DNA from: Acidimicrobiia bacterium
GTDB taxonomy: Bacteria > Actinomycetota > Acidimicrobiia > Spongiisociales > UBA11373
Reading direction: 5' to 3'
Assembly: GCA_035464675.1 (NCBI GenBank)
Contig: DATHSA010000066.1
Span: 1,323-65,322, forward strand
Length of the DNA stretch: 64,000 nt
Shown here: positions 1 to 9,261 of the stretch, in pieces
Numbering within the stretch: position 1 is the first letter of the stretch
How the letters are laid out: every line of letters begins with the position of its first letter
Notes under the pieces: model-generated
What the model saw: only the letters and a program-made list of their open reading frames with translations
What the model was told of the DNA's origin: nothing
Databases searched by the model: none
Program-made: the position numbers and the translations under genes

Positions 1-13
1 CGGCAGCCAGTGG

Positions 14-41
14 GGAAGAACCAGCAGCCTCCTGCTGCTGG
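14..41 (-). terminator. Putative intrinsic terminator hairpin downstream of mltG
   Basis: 8-bp inverted repeat CCAGCAGC (21-28) / GCTGCTGG (34-41) with a 5-nt loop. On the minus strand it is followed by TTCTTCC (20-14). It lies just after the mltG stop. Confidence 0.4.
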
Positions 42-68
42 CTGGTCGCTGGTTGCTGGTCGCTGGAT
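34..68. repeat. 5 x 7-nt tandem array (GCTGCTG GCTGGTC GCTGGTT GCTGGTC GCTGGAT)
   Basis: Read directly. The array ends at nt 68 and the mltG stop codon (tca) is 69-71, so the gap is 0 nt. Confidence 0.85.
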
Positions 69-1163
69 TCAGAGATACTGCTCCTGGAGCTCGAGGAACT
101 CTTCGAAGGTCTCGGCGAAGTGGGCCTTTCCCTCCTCGTCGGTGAGGAAGTACAGGTACTCGGTCTCGGCTGGGTTGGCAGCGGCGCGCAGTGACGTCGT
201 GCGCACGCCGGCGATCGGTGTCGGCGGCAGTCCCGTCACGACGTAGGTGTTGTACGGGGACTCGATCTCGAGGTCCTCGAGCGACAAACCGTCCTCGGGG
301 AGTGCTCCCAGCACATAGACCACCGTGGCATCGATCTGGAGCCTCATGTCCATCGCCAGCCGGTTGTAGATGACGCTGGCGATGAGCGGCCGGTCCTCGT
401 CGAACAGGGCCTCGCGCTCGATCAGCGAGGCGATGATCACCGCGTCGTAGGGCGCGAGATCGTGCTCCTCGAGTCGCCCCCAATCGATGGACCCCACCCG
501 GCTCTCCATCGTCCTCGCCATCCGGGTGAGGATCTCGGCGGCAGTGGCAGCGACCTCGAACTCGTAGGTGTCCGGGAACAGCATGCCCTCCCAGTCCTGC
601 AGGGCATCTGGCTCGTCCGGCATCAGGCTGGAGACGACCGTTCCGTCGAGGAGCACCCGCGAGAGCTCGTTGAAGGGGATCTCGGTCTGTTCCTCGATCG
701 ACTCGAGCATGCGGCCGATCGTCAGGCCCTCGATCACGGTCAGCCGGAAGGTCTCGCGCGATGGCCCGTCGATGAGGATGGCCAGCACCGCCTCCGGCGT
801 CATGCCCGTCTCCAGCTCATAACGCCCGGCCTGGAGCCGGTCGCTGGCGCGGGCATCCCGGACGGCGCGGTCGAATTCGGAGGCCGACGCCACCACTCCG
901 GCCTCGGCGAGTTGCCGGGCGATCTGGGACGCCGGCGCCCCGGCGGAGATCTCGATGGTCACCTCGAGGCCGGGAACGACGGTCGTCGCATCAGGCTGGG
1001 CTATCACGTCGTTCACCGCCGACGCCAGCCACTTCACGCCCAGGAACGCCACGGCGAACAGCAGCACGACGAACCCCAGGACGCCGAGGCCCCGGAGCAG
1101 GGTGTTGGGCCCGCTCCTCTCGGTGTCCGATCCCGGCTCGTACGGCTCGAGTTCGATGCTCAT
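69..1163 (-). CDS. mltG: Endolytic murein transglycosylase MltG (YceG family)
   Basis: N-terminal TM segment plus YceG-like C-terminus (LIASVIYNRLAMDMRLQIDATVVYVLG, SPYNTYVVTGLPPTPIAG). 4-nt overlap with ruvX upstream. Confidence 0.9.
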   Translation of the reverse strand: MSIELEPYEPGSDTERSGPNTLLRGLGVLGFVVLLFAVAFLGVKWLASAVNDVIAQPDATTVVPGLEVTIEISAGAPASQIARQLAEAGVVASASEFDRAVRDARASDRLQAGRYELETGMTPEAVLAILIDGPSRETFRLTVIEGLTIGRMLESIEEQTEIPFNELSRVLLDGTVVSSLMPDEPDALQDWEGMLFPDTYEFEVAATAAEILTRMARTMESRVGSIDWGRLEEHDLAPYDAVIIASLIEREALFDEDRPLIASVIYNRLAMDMRLQIDATVVYVLGALPEDGLSLEDLEIESPYNTYVVTGLPPTPIAGVRTTSLRAAANPAETEYLYFLTDEEGKAHFAETFEEFLELQEQYL

Positions 1164-1564
1164 CTTCTCTCCAGCCAGTCCTGCAGCAGCACGGCCGCCG
1201 CGGCGCCGTCACGCAATTCCCGCCGGCGATCGCGCCGGGTATCCGTCTCGATCATGGCCCGCTCGGCGATCGCGGTCGTGAACCGCTCGTCCACCAGCTC
1301 GGTCGGGACACCGGTGGCTTCGGCGATCTCGGCGGCAAAGGCCCGGGCCGCGGCTGCCGATGGCCCTTCTGATCCGTCGAGGCTCACCGGCAACCCCACG
1401 ACGATACGCTCGATCTCGAGTTCTGCGATCAGCTCGCAGACCTGCTCCACGACGGGACCCGACGCGCTGAGGTGACCGCGCGGATGGGCGGCGATCCCGG
1501 CAGCGTCGCTGACGGCCACGCCGATGCGGACCGAGCCATGGTCGAGGGCGAGAACACGGCCCAC
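1160..1564 (-). CDS. ruvX: Holliday junction resolvase-like / pre-16S rRNA nuclease RuvX (YqgF)
   Basis: VGRVLALDHGSVRIGVAVSD ... IERIVVGLPVSLDGSEG ... DERFTT. The GTG at 1564 sits one nt after the alaS TGA (1566-1568). The longer ORF to 1942 overlaps alaS and looks non-coding. Confidence 0.85.
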   Translation of the reverse strand: MGRVLALDHGSVRIGVAVSDAAGIAAHPRGHLSASGPVVEQVCELIAELEIERIVVGLPVSLDGSEGPSAAAARAFAAEIAEATGVPTELVDERFTTAIAERAMIETDTRRDRRRELRDGAAAAVLLQDWLERR

Positions 1565-1565
1565 T

Positions 1566-4202
1566 TCACATCCGGCCCAGCGACTCTCGGGCGAGGCGGC
1601 CCGCCTCCTCCAGACCGTCTGCGAGACGGTCGCCCTGTGGTCCGCCTGCCTGCGCCATCTCCGGATCGCGGCTCGACCCGCCACCCACCAGGGCCGCCGC
1701 GGGGCCGGCGATGTCGGCGGCACTGGCCCCGGCGGCGACGAGGTCCTTGCTGACCACCACCACCAGTGCCGCCTTCCCGTCCCGAGCGCTGCCGAGAACG
1801 GCGATTCCCGATCCCATTCGGTCGCGAACCTGCATCCCCAACTGGCGAAGCGCGTCGGGTGTGAGATCCGGTTGCTCCGCGACGACGAGTCGCTTTCCGT
1901 CGACTTCCTCTGCCGCCTCGACCAGCTCGGCCGCAGCGTCACTGCGAGTCTGCGATTCGAATTGGGCGATCCGCTCCTCCTGGCGGCGCGACCGCTCGGC
2001 GATCGTCGCTGCCGCCTCGTCTACCTGATCCAGCGGCACACGCAGGCTGTCGGCAGCCGACCGCAGCCGGCGCCGGAGCCCCGCGAAGTACTCGTAGCCC
2101 GATGCACCGGTGTAGGCCTCTATGCGGCGGAGGTTCGAACCGATCGACGACTCGCCGACCACCACCAGCGGTCCGACCTGACCCGTGGTGTGGACATGGG
2201 TACCGCCGCAGAGCTCACGCGAGTAGCTCCCCGCCTCGACGATCCGCACGACTTCGCCGTACTTGTCACCGAAGAACGCGAGCGCTCCGAGCTCTTCGGC
2301 CTCGCGGCGCGTCGCCTCGTAGGCGCGGACATGGGCGTTCTCTATCACCCGCTCGTTGGCGAGGCGCTCCACCTCGAGCACCTCGTCGCCGGACAGCGCC
2401 TCGTAGTGCGAGAAGTCGAAGCGCAGCCTGCCCGACTCGACCAGGGATCCCGCCTGCTGGACGTGAGGGCCGACCACCGTGCGCAGAGCCCAGTGCAGGA
2501 TGTGTGTTCCCGAGTGGCTCTTCCGGATGCGCTCGCGCCGACCCGGCTCGACGCTCAGAGCCGCCACCTGGCCCACCGACACCGTCCCGCTCGCCACGGT
2601 CGCCCGGTGGCCATGGAGATCCTGGAGGGCGTGCTGGGTGTCGGAGATGTGCAAGGTCCCGGTCTCGGTGGTCGCGGTGCCCGTGTCGCCCACCTGACCC
2701 CCCGACTCGGCGTAGAACGTCGTGGCATCGAAGAACACCTCGACGTCTTGCCCCGCCTCCGCCGTCTCGATCGCCTCACCGGCGGCGACGATCGCCAGCA
2801 CGGTCCCCTGGGTGTCGACCCGCTCGTATCCCTCGAAGCGAGTCGGGCCGGACCGGTCATAGATGGCTCGATAGACCTTCGGAGCGTCCTCGGTCGTCAC
2901 CTTGCTGCGCGCCGCGCGAGCGCGCTCTCGCTGCAGCGCCATCTCGGCGTCGAACGCCGGCCGATCGACTTCCACACCGCGCTCGGCGGCGATCTCCTCG
3001 GTCAGCTCCACCGGAAACCCGAACGTGTCGTGCAGCTTGAACGCGGTCTCGCCAGACAGGGTGGCCCCTTCGGTCATGTCCTCGAGCTCGGCGCTGAGAA
3101 GGCTGTGCCCCGACTCGAGCGTCCTCCGGAAGCGCTGCTCCTCTCGCTCGGCCGTCTCGGAGATCCCGTCGATCGCCTCGCGAAGCGCCGGATAGGCATC
3201 GCCCATGGCCTCGACCGTCGCCGCCACCAGTCGCGGGGTGATGTTGTCTTCGGCGCCGAGCTGCCAACCATGGCGAACGGCTCGCCGCAACAGGCGCCGC
3301 AGCACATATCCCCTCCCCTCGTTGGACGGCACCACGCCGTCGGCGATCAGATGGGTGATCGCCCGGCCATGGTCTGCGAGGATCCGCAGGCTCACGTCGG
3401 TCTCGGGTCGATTGCCGTACTGCACGCCCGTGGCCGCCTCGCCGGCGGCTAGCACCGGGCGAACGAGGTCGGTGAGGAAGACGTTGTCCACCCCCTGGAG
3501 CAGGACGCACACCCGCTCGAGCCCCGATCCGGTGTCGATGTTCTTGGAGGGAAGGTCGCCGATCACGTTGTACGGCTCGTCCTGCACGTACTGCATGAAG
3601 ACCAGGTTCCAGAACTCCATGTGGCGCTCTTCGTCGACGATTGGGCCGCCCTCCTCACCGAACTCGGGCCCCCGGTCGTAGAAGATCTCGGAGGACGGGC
3701 CGGCGGGACCGGCGACACCCATCTGCCAGAAGTTGTCGCGGTCGCGGCGCTGAACCCGTTCGGCGGGAACGCCGACGCCATCGATCCACAGCTGCGCGGC
3801 CTCGTCGTCGCTGTGATGCACCGTGAACCACAGCCGCTCGGGGTCCATCTCGTAGACCTCGGTGATCAGCTCGTAGGCCCAGGGGATGGCCTTCTCCTTG
3901 AAGTAGTCGCCCCCGAAGGAGAAGTTCCCGAGCATCTCGAAGAACGACATGTGCCGCGCGGTGGTGCCGACGATCTCGATGTCGTTGGTCCGGATGCACT
4001 TCTGTGAAGTCGTGGCGCGGGGGTAGGGCGGCTTCTCCTCGCCCAGCAGATAAGGCTTGAAGGGGACCATGCCCGCCACCGTGAGCAGCAGCGAGGGGTC
4101 GACCGGGATCAGCGACGCCGAGGGCACCACGGGATGGCCCCGCTCGGCAAAGAAGTCGAGAAAGGCGCGCCGGACCTCGGAGCCCCCGATCGGTCTGCTC
4201 AT
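1566..4202 (-). CDS. alaS: Alanine--tRNA ligase
   Basis: MSRPIGGSEVRRAFLDFFAERGH, TSQKCIRTNDIE, HMSFFEMLGNFSFG, editing-domain HSGTHILH and CGGTHV. ATG at 4202 chosen (878 aa). The ORF-track extension to 4679 overlaps rarA. Confidence 0.95.
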   Translation of the reverse strand: MSRPIGGSEVRRAFLDFFAERGHPVVPSASLIPVDPSLLLTVAGMVPFKPYLLGEEKPPYPRATTSQKCIRTNDIEIVGTTARHMSFFEMLGNFSFGGDYFKEKAIPWAYELITEVYEMDPERLWFTVHHSDDEAAQLWIDGVGVPAERVQRRDRDNFWQMGVAGPAGPSSEIFYDRGPEFGEEGGPIVDEERHMEFWNLVFMQYVQDEPYNVIGDLPSKNIDTGSGLERVCVLLQGVDNVFLTDLVRPVLAAGEAATGVQYGNRPETDVSLRILADHGRAITHLIADGVVPSNEGRGYVLRRLLRRAVRHGWQLGAEDNITPRLVAATVEAMGDAYPALREAIDGISETAEREEQRFRRTLESGHSLLSAELEDMTEGATLSGETAFKLHDTFGFPVELTEEIAAERGVEVDRPAFDAEMALQRERARAARSKVTTEDAPKVYRAIYDRSGPTRFEGYERVDTQGTVLAIVAAGEAIETAEAGQDVEVFFDATTFYAESGGQVGDTGTATTETGTLHISDTQHALQDLHGHRATVASGTVSVGQVAALSVEPGRRERIRKSHSGTHILHWALRTVVGPHVQQAGSLVESGRLRFDFSHYEALSGDEVLEVERLANERVIENAHVRAYEATRREAEELGALAFFGDKYGEVVRIVEAGSYSRELCGGTHVHTTGQVGPLVVVGESSIGSNLRRIEAYTGASGYEYFAGLRRRLRSAADSLRVPLDQVDEAAATIAERSRRQEERIAQFESQTRSDAAAELVEAAEEVDGKRLVVAEQPDLTPDALRQLGMQVRDRMGSGIAVLGSARDGKAALVVVVSKDLVAAGASAADIAGPAAALVGGGSSRDPEMAQAGGPQGDRLADGLEEAGRLARESLGRM

Positions 4203-4248
4203 GCGCTGAAAGGGTAATGGTGAGAGGACGCTGCCCATTGCGGGGCGA

Positions 4249-5586
4249 TCAGTCGTTGCGTCCGGCGCGGCCCATGCGCTCGTCCACGTCGGCCAACCGC
4301 TCCGCCAGCTCCCGCTCGGCGCCGGTGTCGCCTGGCCGATAGAGGAATCTGCCCGCGGCCTCGTCGGGGAGATACTGCTGGGCAGCCACGTTGCCGGGGT
4401 GATCGTGGGGGTAGACATAGCCGACTCCGTGGCCCAGCTTCTCGGCTCCGCGGAAGCCGGTCGAGCGCAGGTGGGGTGGGACCCGGGCGGCCGGCGTCTC
4501 CTCGACCGCCGCCCGTGCGGCCGAGATCGTCCGCCCCACGGAATTCGACTTCGGCGCCGTCGCCAGGTACAGCGCCGCGTGGTGGAGCGCATAGGAGGCC
4601 TCGGGCAAGCCGACGAACTGCAGGGCATGGGCGGCATCGACCGCAACTGCGAGCGCTCGCGGGTCGGCGAGCCCGACATCCTCCGAGGCGAGGATCACCA
4701 TGCGCCGGGCGATGAACTCCGGGTCCTCACCGGCATCGAGCATCGTCTGGAGCCAGTAGGCCGCGGCGTCCGGGTCGGATCCGCGGAGGCTCTTGATGAA
4801 CGCCGAGATGACGTCGTAGTGCTGGTCGCCCGCCTTGTCGTACCGGATCACCCGGTGCTGGAGCCCCTGCTCGACCGCATCGATGCCGATCACGTCTTCG
4901 CCGCGGCCGGCGGCGATCACCGCCGCCACCTCGAGGGCGTTGAGGGCGAGACGGGCGTCGCCGCCGGAACGCCCGGCGAGAAGCCGGGCCGCCTCCTCGT
5001 CGATCCGATCGGGCTCGGCCACGCCGCGGTCCCGATCCGCCATGGCTCGCTCGATCAGTTCGCCCACGGCCTCGACACCGAGTGGTTCGAGGCGGAAGAG
5101 CAGGCTCCGGGAGATGAGTGGAGAGTTGACCTCGAAGAACGGGTTCTCCGTGGTCGCCCCGACCAGGATCACGGTGCCGTCCTCGACACCAGGCAGCAGT
5201 GCATCCTGTTGCGCCTTCGTGAAGCGGTGGATCTCATCGAGGAACAGCACCGTCCGCCTCTCGTCCTGCTCGAGGCGGTGGCGCGCCGATGCCAGCACCT
5301 CGCGTACCTCCTTGACCCCGGCGGAGGTCGCCGACATCGGCTCGAATGCAGCATCGGTCGATCCGGCGACGAGGCGCGCCAGGGTGGTCTTGCCGGTGCC
5401 GGGCGGGCCCCAGAGGATCATCGACGCGGGACGGCCCGAACGGACCATCGTCCCGAAGGCGGCGTCGTCGGCCCGGAGGTGCTCCTGGCCGACGACCTCT
5501 TCGAGGCTCGCCGGCCGCATCCTCGCCGCAAGCGGCTCGGCGGCCCGGCGCCGATCGGCACGCTCCCCGGCGAAGAGATCATCCAT
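4249..5586 (-). CDS. rarA: Replication-associated recombination protein A (AAA+ ATPase)
   Basis: Walker A LWGPPGTGKTTLARL, Walker B LFLDEIHRF, MgsA C-terminal domain (YDVISAFIKSLRGSDPDAA). Confidence 0.9.
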   Translation of the reverse strand: MDDLFAGERADRRRAAEPLAARMRPASLEEVVGQEHLRADDAAFGTMVRSGRPASMILWGPPGTGKTTLARLVAGSTDAAFEPMSATSAGVKEVREVLASARHRLEQDERRTVLFLDEIHRFTKAQQDALLPGVEDGTVILVGATTENPFFEVNSPLISRSLLFRLEPLGVEAVGELIERAMADRDRGVAEPDRIDEEAARLLAGRSGGDARLALNALEVAAVIAAGRGEDVIGIDAVEQGLQHRVIRYDKAGDQHYDVISAFIKSLRGSDPDAAAYWLQTMLDAGEDPEFIARRMVILASEDVGLADPRALAVAVDAAHALQFVGLPEASYALHHAALYLATAPKSNSVGRTISAARAAVEETPAARVPPHLRSTGFRGAEKLGHGVGYVYPHDHPGNVAAQQYLPDEAAGRFLYRPGDTGAERELAERLADVDERMGRAGRND

Positions 5587-7373
5587 CAGTCTTGCGTCGC
5601 TTCCTCCTCGAGCGCCTGACGGACCTCCGACCGCAGGTCGATCCCGAGCTCCTCGAGCTGGGAATCGACCACCCGGCTCGGCGACGAGGTCAAGGGGTCG
5701 ACACCGGTCTGGGTCTTGGGGAAGGGGATCACCTCACGAATGTTCGCCTCGTCGCGGAGGACCGCCACGAGCCGATCGATGCCGACCGCAAAGCCCGCAT
5801 GCGGAGGAGTCCCGTAGCGAAGCGCCCGTATGAACCAGCCGAAACGCGACTCGGCCTCCTCGTCGGAGATCCCCAGGATGTCGAACACCGTCTTCTGGGT
5901 CGTGGGATCGTGGATCCGTTCGCTGCCCGAGCCCAGCTCGGTGCCGTTGAGCACCAGGTCGTAGGCGCGAGACAGCGCCCTGACGGGGTGATCACGCATC
6001 TCGGCCACGTCGTACGGAGCGGTGAAGGGATGGTGCTCGGGGACGAGGTCGCCGCCGTCCTCCACGGCGAACATCGGGAAGTCGATCACCCAGACGAATG
6101 CGAGTTCGTCGTGCCCCGAGGGCTTGCCGAGGTCGAGGCGGAGGGCACCGAGGACTGCCTGGGCGACCCGGGTGTCGTCGGCCACCACGAGCAGTGTGTC
6201 TCCCGGCGCGGCGCCGAGGGTGTCGATCAGCGCCCCCTGCTCGTCCGCGGAGAGGAATTTGGCGACGGGCGAGCGCAACGTCCCGTCCTCTTCGACCACC
6301 ATCCAGACGAGGCCCTTGGCGCCGAGCGCGACCGCTCGCTCGACCAGACCGTCGAACCCGGCCCGCGACAGGTCTTGTGGCCCGGCGTTGATCCCGGCGA
6401 CGATCCCTCCGGCACCGAGGGCCCCCGCGAACGCCTTGAACTCCGTGGCGGCGAATATCTCCGAGAGCTCCACCAGTTCCATCCCGAATCGGATGTCGGG
6501 TTTGTCGGTCCCGTAGCGCGCCATGGCCTCGTGCCAGGTGAGCCGCGGAAAGGGCGTCTCCAGTTCGATGCCGCGCAGGGTGCGGGCGACCGCCGCCATC
6601 GCCGGCTCGATGGAAGCGAGCACGTCGTCACGCCCCCAGAAGGCCCCTTCGATGTCCAGCTGAGTGAACTCGATCTGCCGGTCCGACCGGAAGTCCTCAT
6701 CGCGGTAGCACCGGGCGATCTGGTAATAGCGCTCGATGCCACCGACCATCAGGAGCTGCTTGAAGAGCTGTGGCGACTGCGGCAACGCGTAGAAGGATCC
6801 CTGCTTCAGGCGGCTGGGCACCAGGAAGTCGCGCGCCCCCTCCGGCGTCGACTTCACCAGTGTCGGCGTCTCCACCTCGAGGAACCCCTGATCGGTCATC
6901 GCCGTGCGCATCGCCTGGATCGCGCGGGAGCGGGCGACCAGGTTCCGGGCCATACGGGGGCGCCGCAGATCCAGATAGCGGTACTCGAGTCGCCGCATCT
7001 CGTCCACATCGGACCGATCGTCGATCTGAAACGGCAGGGGGTCCGACGGAGAGAGCACCTCGATCGCCGCTGCCGCCACCTCGATCTCTCCGCTGGGCAG
7101 GTCGGGGTTCACCGTCCCCTCGGGCCGCGCCCGGACCGTGCCCGTCACGGCGATGCAGAACTCGTCGCGTAGAGCGGTGGCGGTCTTCTCGGTCGCCTCG
7201 TCGGCATCGGGATCGACCACCACCTGGATGATCCCCGACGCGTCCCGAAGATCGACGAAGAGCACCCCGCCGTGATCCCGGCGGGTGCCGACCCACCCGG
7301 CCAGGCGGACCTCGCGGTCGATGTCATCCCGTCGCAGCTCTCCGGCCCGCGCCGTCCTCACCGGCTCGACCAC
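5586..7373 (-). CDS. aspS: Aspartate--tRNA ligase
   Basis: OB-fold N-terminus, FYALPQSPQLFKQLLM, ERYYQIARCYRDED, GTPPHAGFAVGIDRLV. Confidence 0.95.
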   Translation of the reverse strand: MVEPVRTARAGELRRDDIDREVRLAGWVGTRRDHGGVLFVDLRDASGIIQVVVDPDADEATEKTATALRDEFCIAVTGTVRARPEGTVNPDLPSGEIEVAAAAIEVLSPSDPLPFQIDDRSDVDEMRRLEYRYLDLRRPRMARNLVARSRAIQAMRTAMTDQGFLEVETPTLVKSTPEGARDFLVPSRLKQGSFYALPQSPQLFKQLLMVGGIERYYQIARCYRDEDFRSDRQIEFTQLDIEGAFWGRDDVLASIEPAMAAVARTLRGIELETPFPRLTWHEAMARYGTDKPDIRFGMELVELSEIFAATEFKAFAGALGAGGIVAGINAGPQDLSRAGFDGLVERAVALGAKGLVWMVVEEDGTLRSPVAKFLSADEQGALIDTLGAAPGDTLLVVADDTRVAQAVLGALRLDLGKPSGHDELAFVWVIDFPMFAVEDGGDLVPEHHPFTAPYDVAEMRDHPVRALSRAYDLVLNGTELGSGSERIHDPTTQKTVFDILGISDEEAESRFGWFIRALRYGTPPHAGFAVGIDRLVAVLRDEANIREVIPFPKTQTGVDPLTSSPSRVVDSQLEELGIDLRSEVRQALEEEATQD

Positions 7374-8584
7374 GACCCCACCTCCTCGATCGCCACCAAC
7401 TCCTCGTCACCGGTCTCGAGGCGCTTCACCGTCACCTGACCCGAGCCCCATTCCTCGCCCACGATCGCAACGACGGCGGCACCCGACCGGTCGGCGGCCT
7501 TGAACTGCCCGCGGAGCGACCGCCCCGGAGTCGGATCCCAGTCGACGCGCCGCCCCTCGTTGCGGAGAAGCGAGACCCACCTGCGAGCCTCCTCTCTCCG
7601 CGAGGGATCGGCGACGGCGACGAAGACGTCGAGCCTGGGCGACGGCGATTCCGGCATTGCCTCCACGATCCGGTCGCATCCCATCGCCGCACCCACCGCG
7701 GGGATCGCCTTGCTGCTGCCGATCGCCTCGGCCAGCGGGTCGTAGCGTCCGCCCCCACCGAGAGCCGATTGCGCGGCCTCGAACCCTGACGAGAAGAACT
7801 CGAACACGGTCCGGTTGTAGTAGTCGAGGCCCCGCACCAGCCGTGGATCGATCTCGAACTGGATCTCGAGGGATTCGAGCCCGGACTTGACCGCGTCGAA
7901 GTGCGCGGCGGCGGCGGTTCCCAGGTGGTCGAGCGGAACCGGGGCGTCGGCCACGACCCCGGCGTCGGTCTTGGAGTCGAGCACCCTCAGCGGGTTGGTG
8001 TCGATGCGGCGCCGGCCATCCTCGGAGAGGTCCTTCTCGCGACCGCGCAGGAAGCGCTGCAGGTGCTCGCGATACGCGATGCGATCGCCGGCGTCGCCGA
8101 TCGAGTTGAGCTTGAGTTCGATCCCGGGGACATGGACGGATTCGAGCAGGCGGTAGGCGAGCTCGATCACCTCGACATCGGCATCCGGCGACGCCTCCCC
8201 GAGGTACTCGAAGTCCACCTGGAAGAACTGGCGCCTCCGGCCCTTCTGCGGCTGCTCATAACGGAACATTGGGCCGGCCGCCGCCAGCTTGAGGGTTCCC
8301 TGAGCCCCGGCCTCGACGAAGGCCCGGACCATCCCCGCGGTGAGCTCCGGCCGGAGCGTGACCGAGCGGTCCCCCCGATCGGTGAAGGTGTACATCTGCT
8401 TCTCGACGACCTCCGTCGACTCCCCCACCCCTCGGGCGAAGAGCTCGGTGGGCTCCATCACCGGAAGCAGGGCGAACTCGTAGCCGAACCGCTCGGACAG
8501 GTCCTCGAATGCGCGCAAGAGAGTCCGCCACTTGGCGGACTCGGGCGGGAGGATGTCGTCGGTGCCCTTGAGTCGGGAGATCAA
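7358..8584 (-). CDS. hisS: Histidine--tRNA ligase
   Basis: KGTDDILP, MFRYEQPQKGRRRQFFQ, GGGRYD. The start is ambiguous: TTG at 8584 (TTGA overlap with the upstream stop) or GTG at 8611. The ORF-track extension to 8980 overlaps the MBL gene. Confidence 0.9.
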   Translation of the reverse strand: MISRLKGTDDILPPESAKWRTLLRAFEDLSERFGYEFALLPVMEPTELFARGVGESTEVVEKQMYTFTDRGDRSVTLRPELTAGMVRAFVEAGAQGTLKLAAAGPMFRYEQPQKGRRRQFFQVDFEYLGEASPDADVEVIELAYRLLESVHVPGIELKLNSIGDAGDRIAYREHLQRFLRGREKDLSEDGRRRIDTNPLRVLDSKTDAGVVADAPVPLDHLGTAAAAHFDAVKSGLESLEIQFEIDPRLVRGLDYYNRTVFEFFSSGFEAAQSALGGGGRYDPLAEAIGSSKAIPAVGAAMGCDRIVEAMPESPSPRLDVFVAVADPSRREEARRWVSLLRNEGRRVDWDPTPGRSLRGQFKAADRSGAAVVAIVGEEWGSGQVTVKRLETGDEELVAIEEVGSWSSR

Positions 8585-9228
8585 CGGAATGCCTCGAGGA
8601 AGGGGTTGGACTCGAGCTCCCGCGCAAGGGTAGTTGTGGGGCCGTGACCCGGAAAGACGGCGGTCTCGGGTGGCAACGGCAGCACCCTCTCTCCCATCGA
8701 ACGCATCAGGGCCTGAAAGTCCCCCCCGGGCAGGTCGGTCCGTCCGATCGACCCTGCGAACAGCTGGTCCCCGCTGAACAGCGCCCCCTCTCCGGGAACC
8801 CAGAAGCAGCAGTGGCCCGGTGTGTGGCCGGGGGTGTGGAGCACCTCGATCCCGAGGCCTGCCAGCCCGAGCACCTGACCGTCGGTGAGGCTCTCGTAGC
8901 GGTCCGGCTGCTCGAAGTCCCCAGGCGGAGTGGCCCCCCACAGGGCCTGGAGCTGGAGCCGGGGGTCGGCGGCGAGCCACTCGTCGTCGGGATGGAGGTA
9001 CGCCGACATCGCAAAGGCGTGTGCCACTGCCCCGGCGGCACCCAGGTGGTCGATGTGAGCGTGGGTCAGCAGCAGGGCGACGGGGATCAGGTCGTGGCGG
9101 GCAAGCAGAGCGAGCACTCCGTCCGCGTCGGGAGGGGCGTCGACCACCACTGCAGGACCGCCCGGCTCCGGAGCCATCACCCAGCAGTTGGTGCCGGCGA
9201 GCCAGAGGGGCTCCGAGTCGATGAGCAT
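8581..9228 (-). CDS. MBL-fold metallo-hydrolase (glyoxalase II-like)
   Basis: THAHIDHLG metal motif, HTPGHTPGH, FSGDQLF. Confidence 0.85.
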   Translation of the reverse strand: MLIDSEPLWLAGTNCWVMAPEPGGPAVVVDAPPDADGVLALLARHDLIPVALLLTHAHIDHLGAAGAVAHAFAMSAYLHPDDEWLAADPRLQLQALWGATPPGDFEQPDRYESLTDGQVLGLAGLGIEVLHTPGHTPGHCCFWVPGEGALFSGDQLFAGSIGRTDLPGGDFQALMRSMGERVLPLPPETAVFPGHGPTTTLARELESNPFLEAFR

Positions 9229-9261
9229 GGCCGCAACCTACCCGGCCGTCTGGCGGCGGCG

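Noticed and set aside
1524-3452. 642-aa plus-strand ORF, with 2102..3040 and others
   Set aside because: Antisense to the strongly conserved alaS. The sequence is low-complexity and Arg/Pro-rich.
4203-4679. N-terminal extensions of alaS, and similarly hisS to 8980, queA to 17766, yebC to 20726, DUF4332 to 39044 and VOC to 57476
   Set aside because: The extensions are Arg/Pro/Ser-rich, overlap the neighbouring upstream genes, and precede internal starts that reproduce canonical family N-termini.
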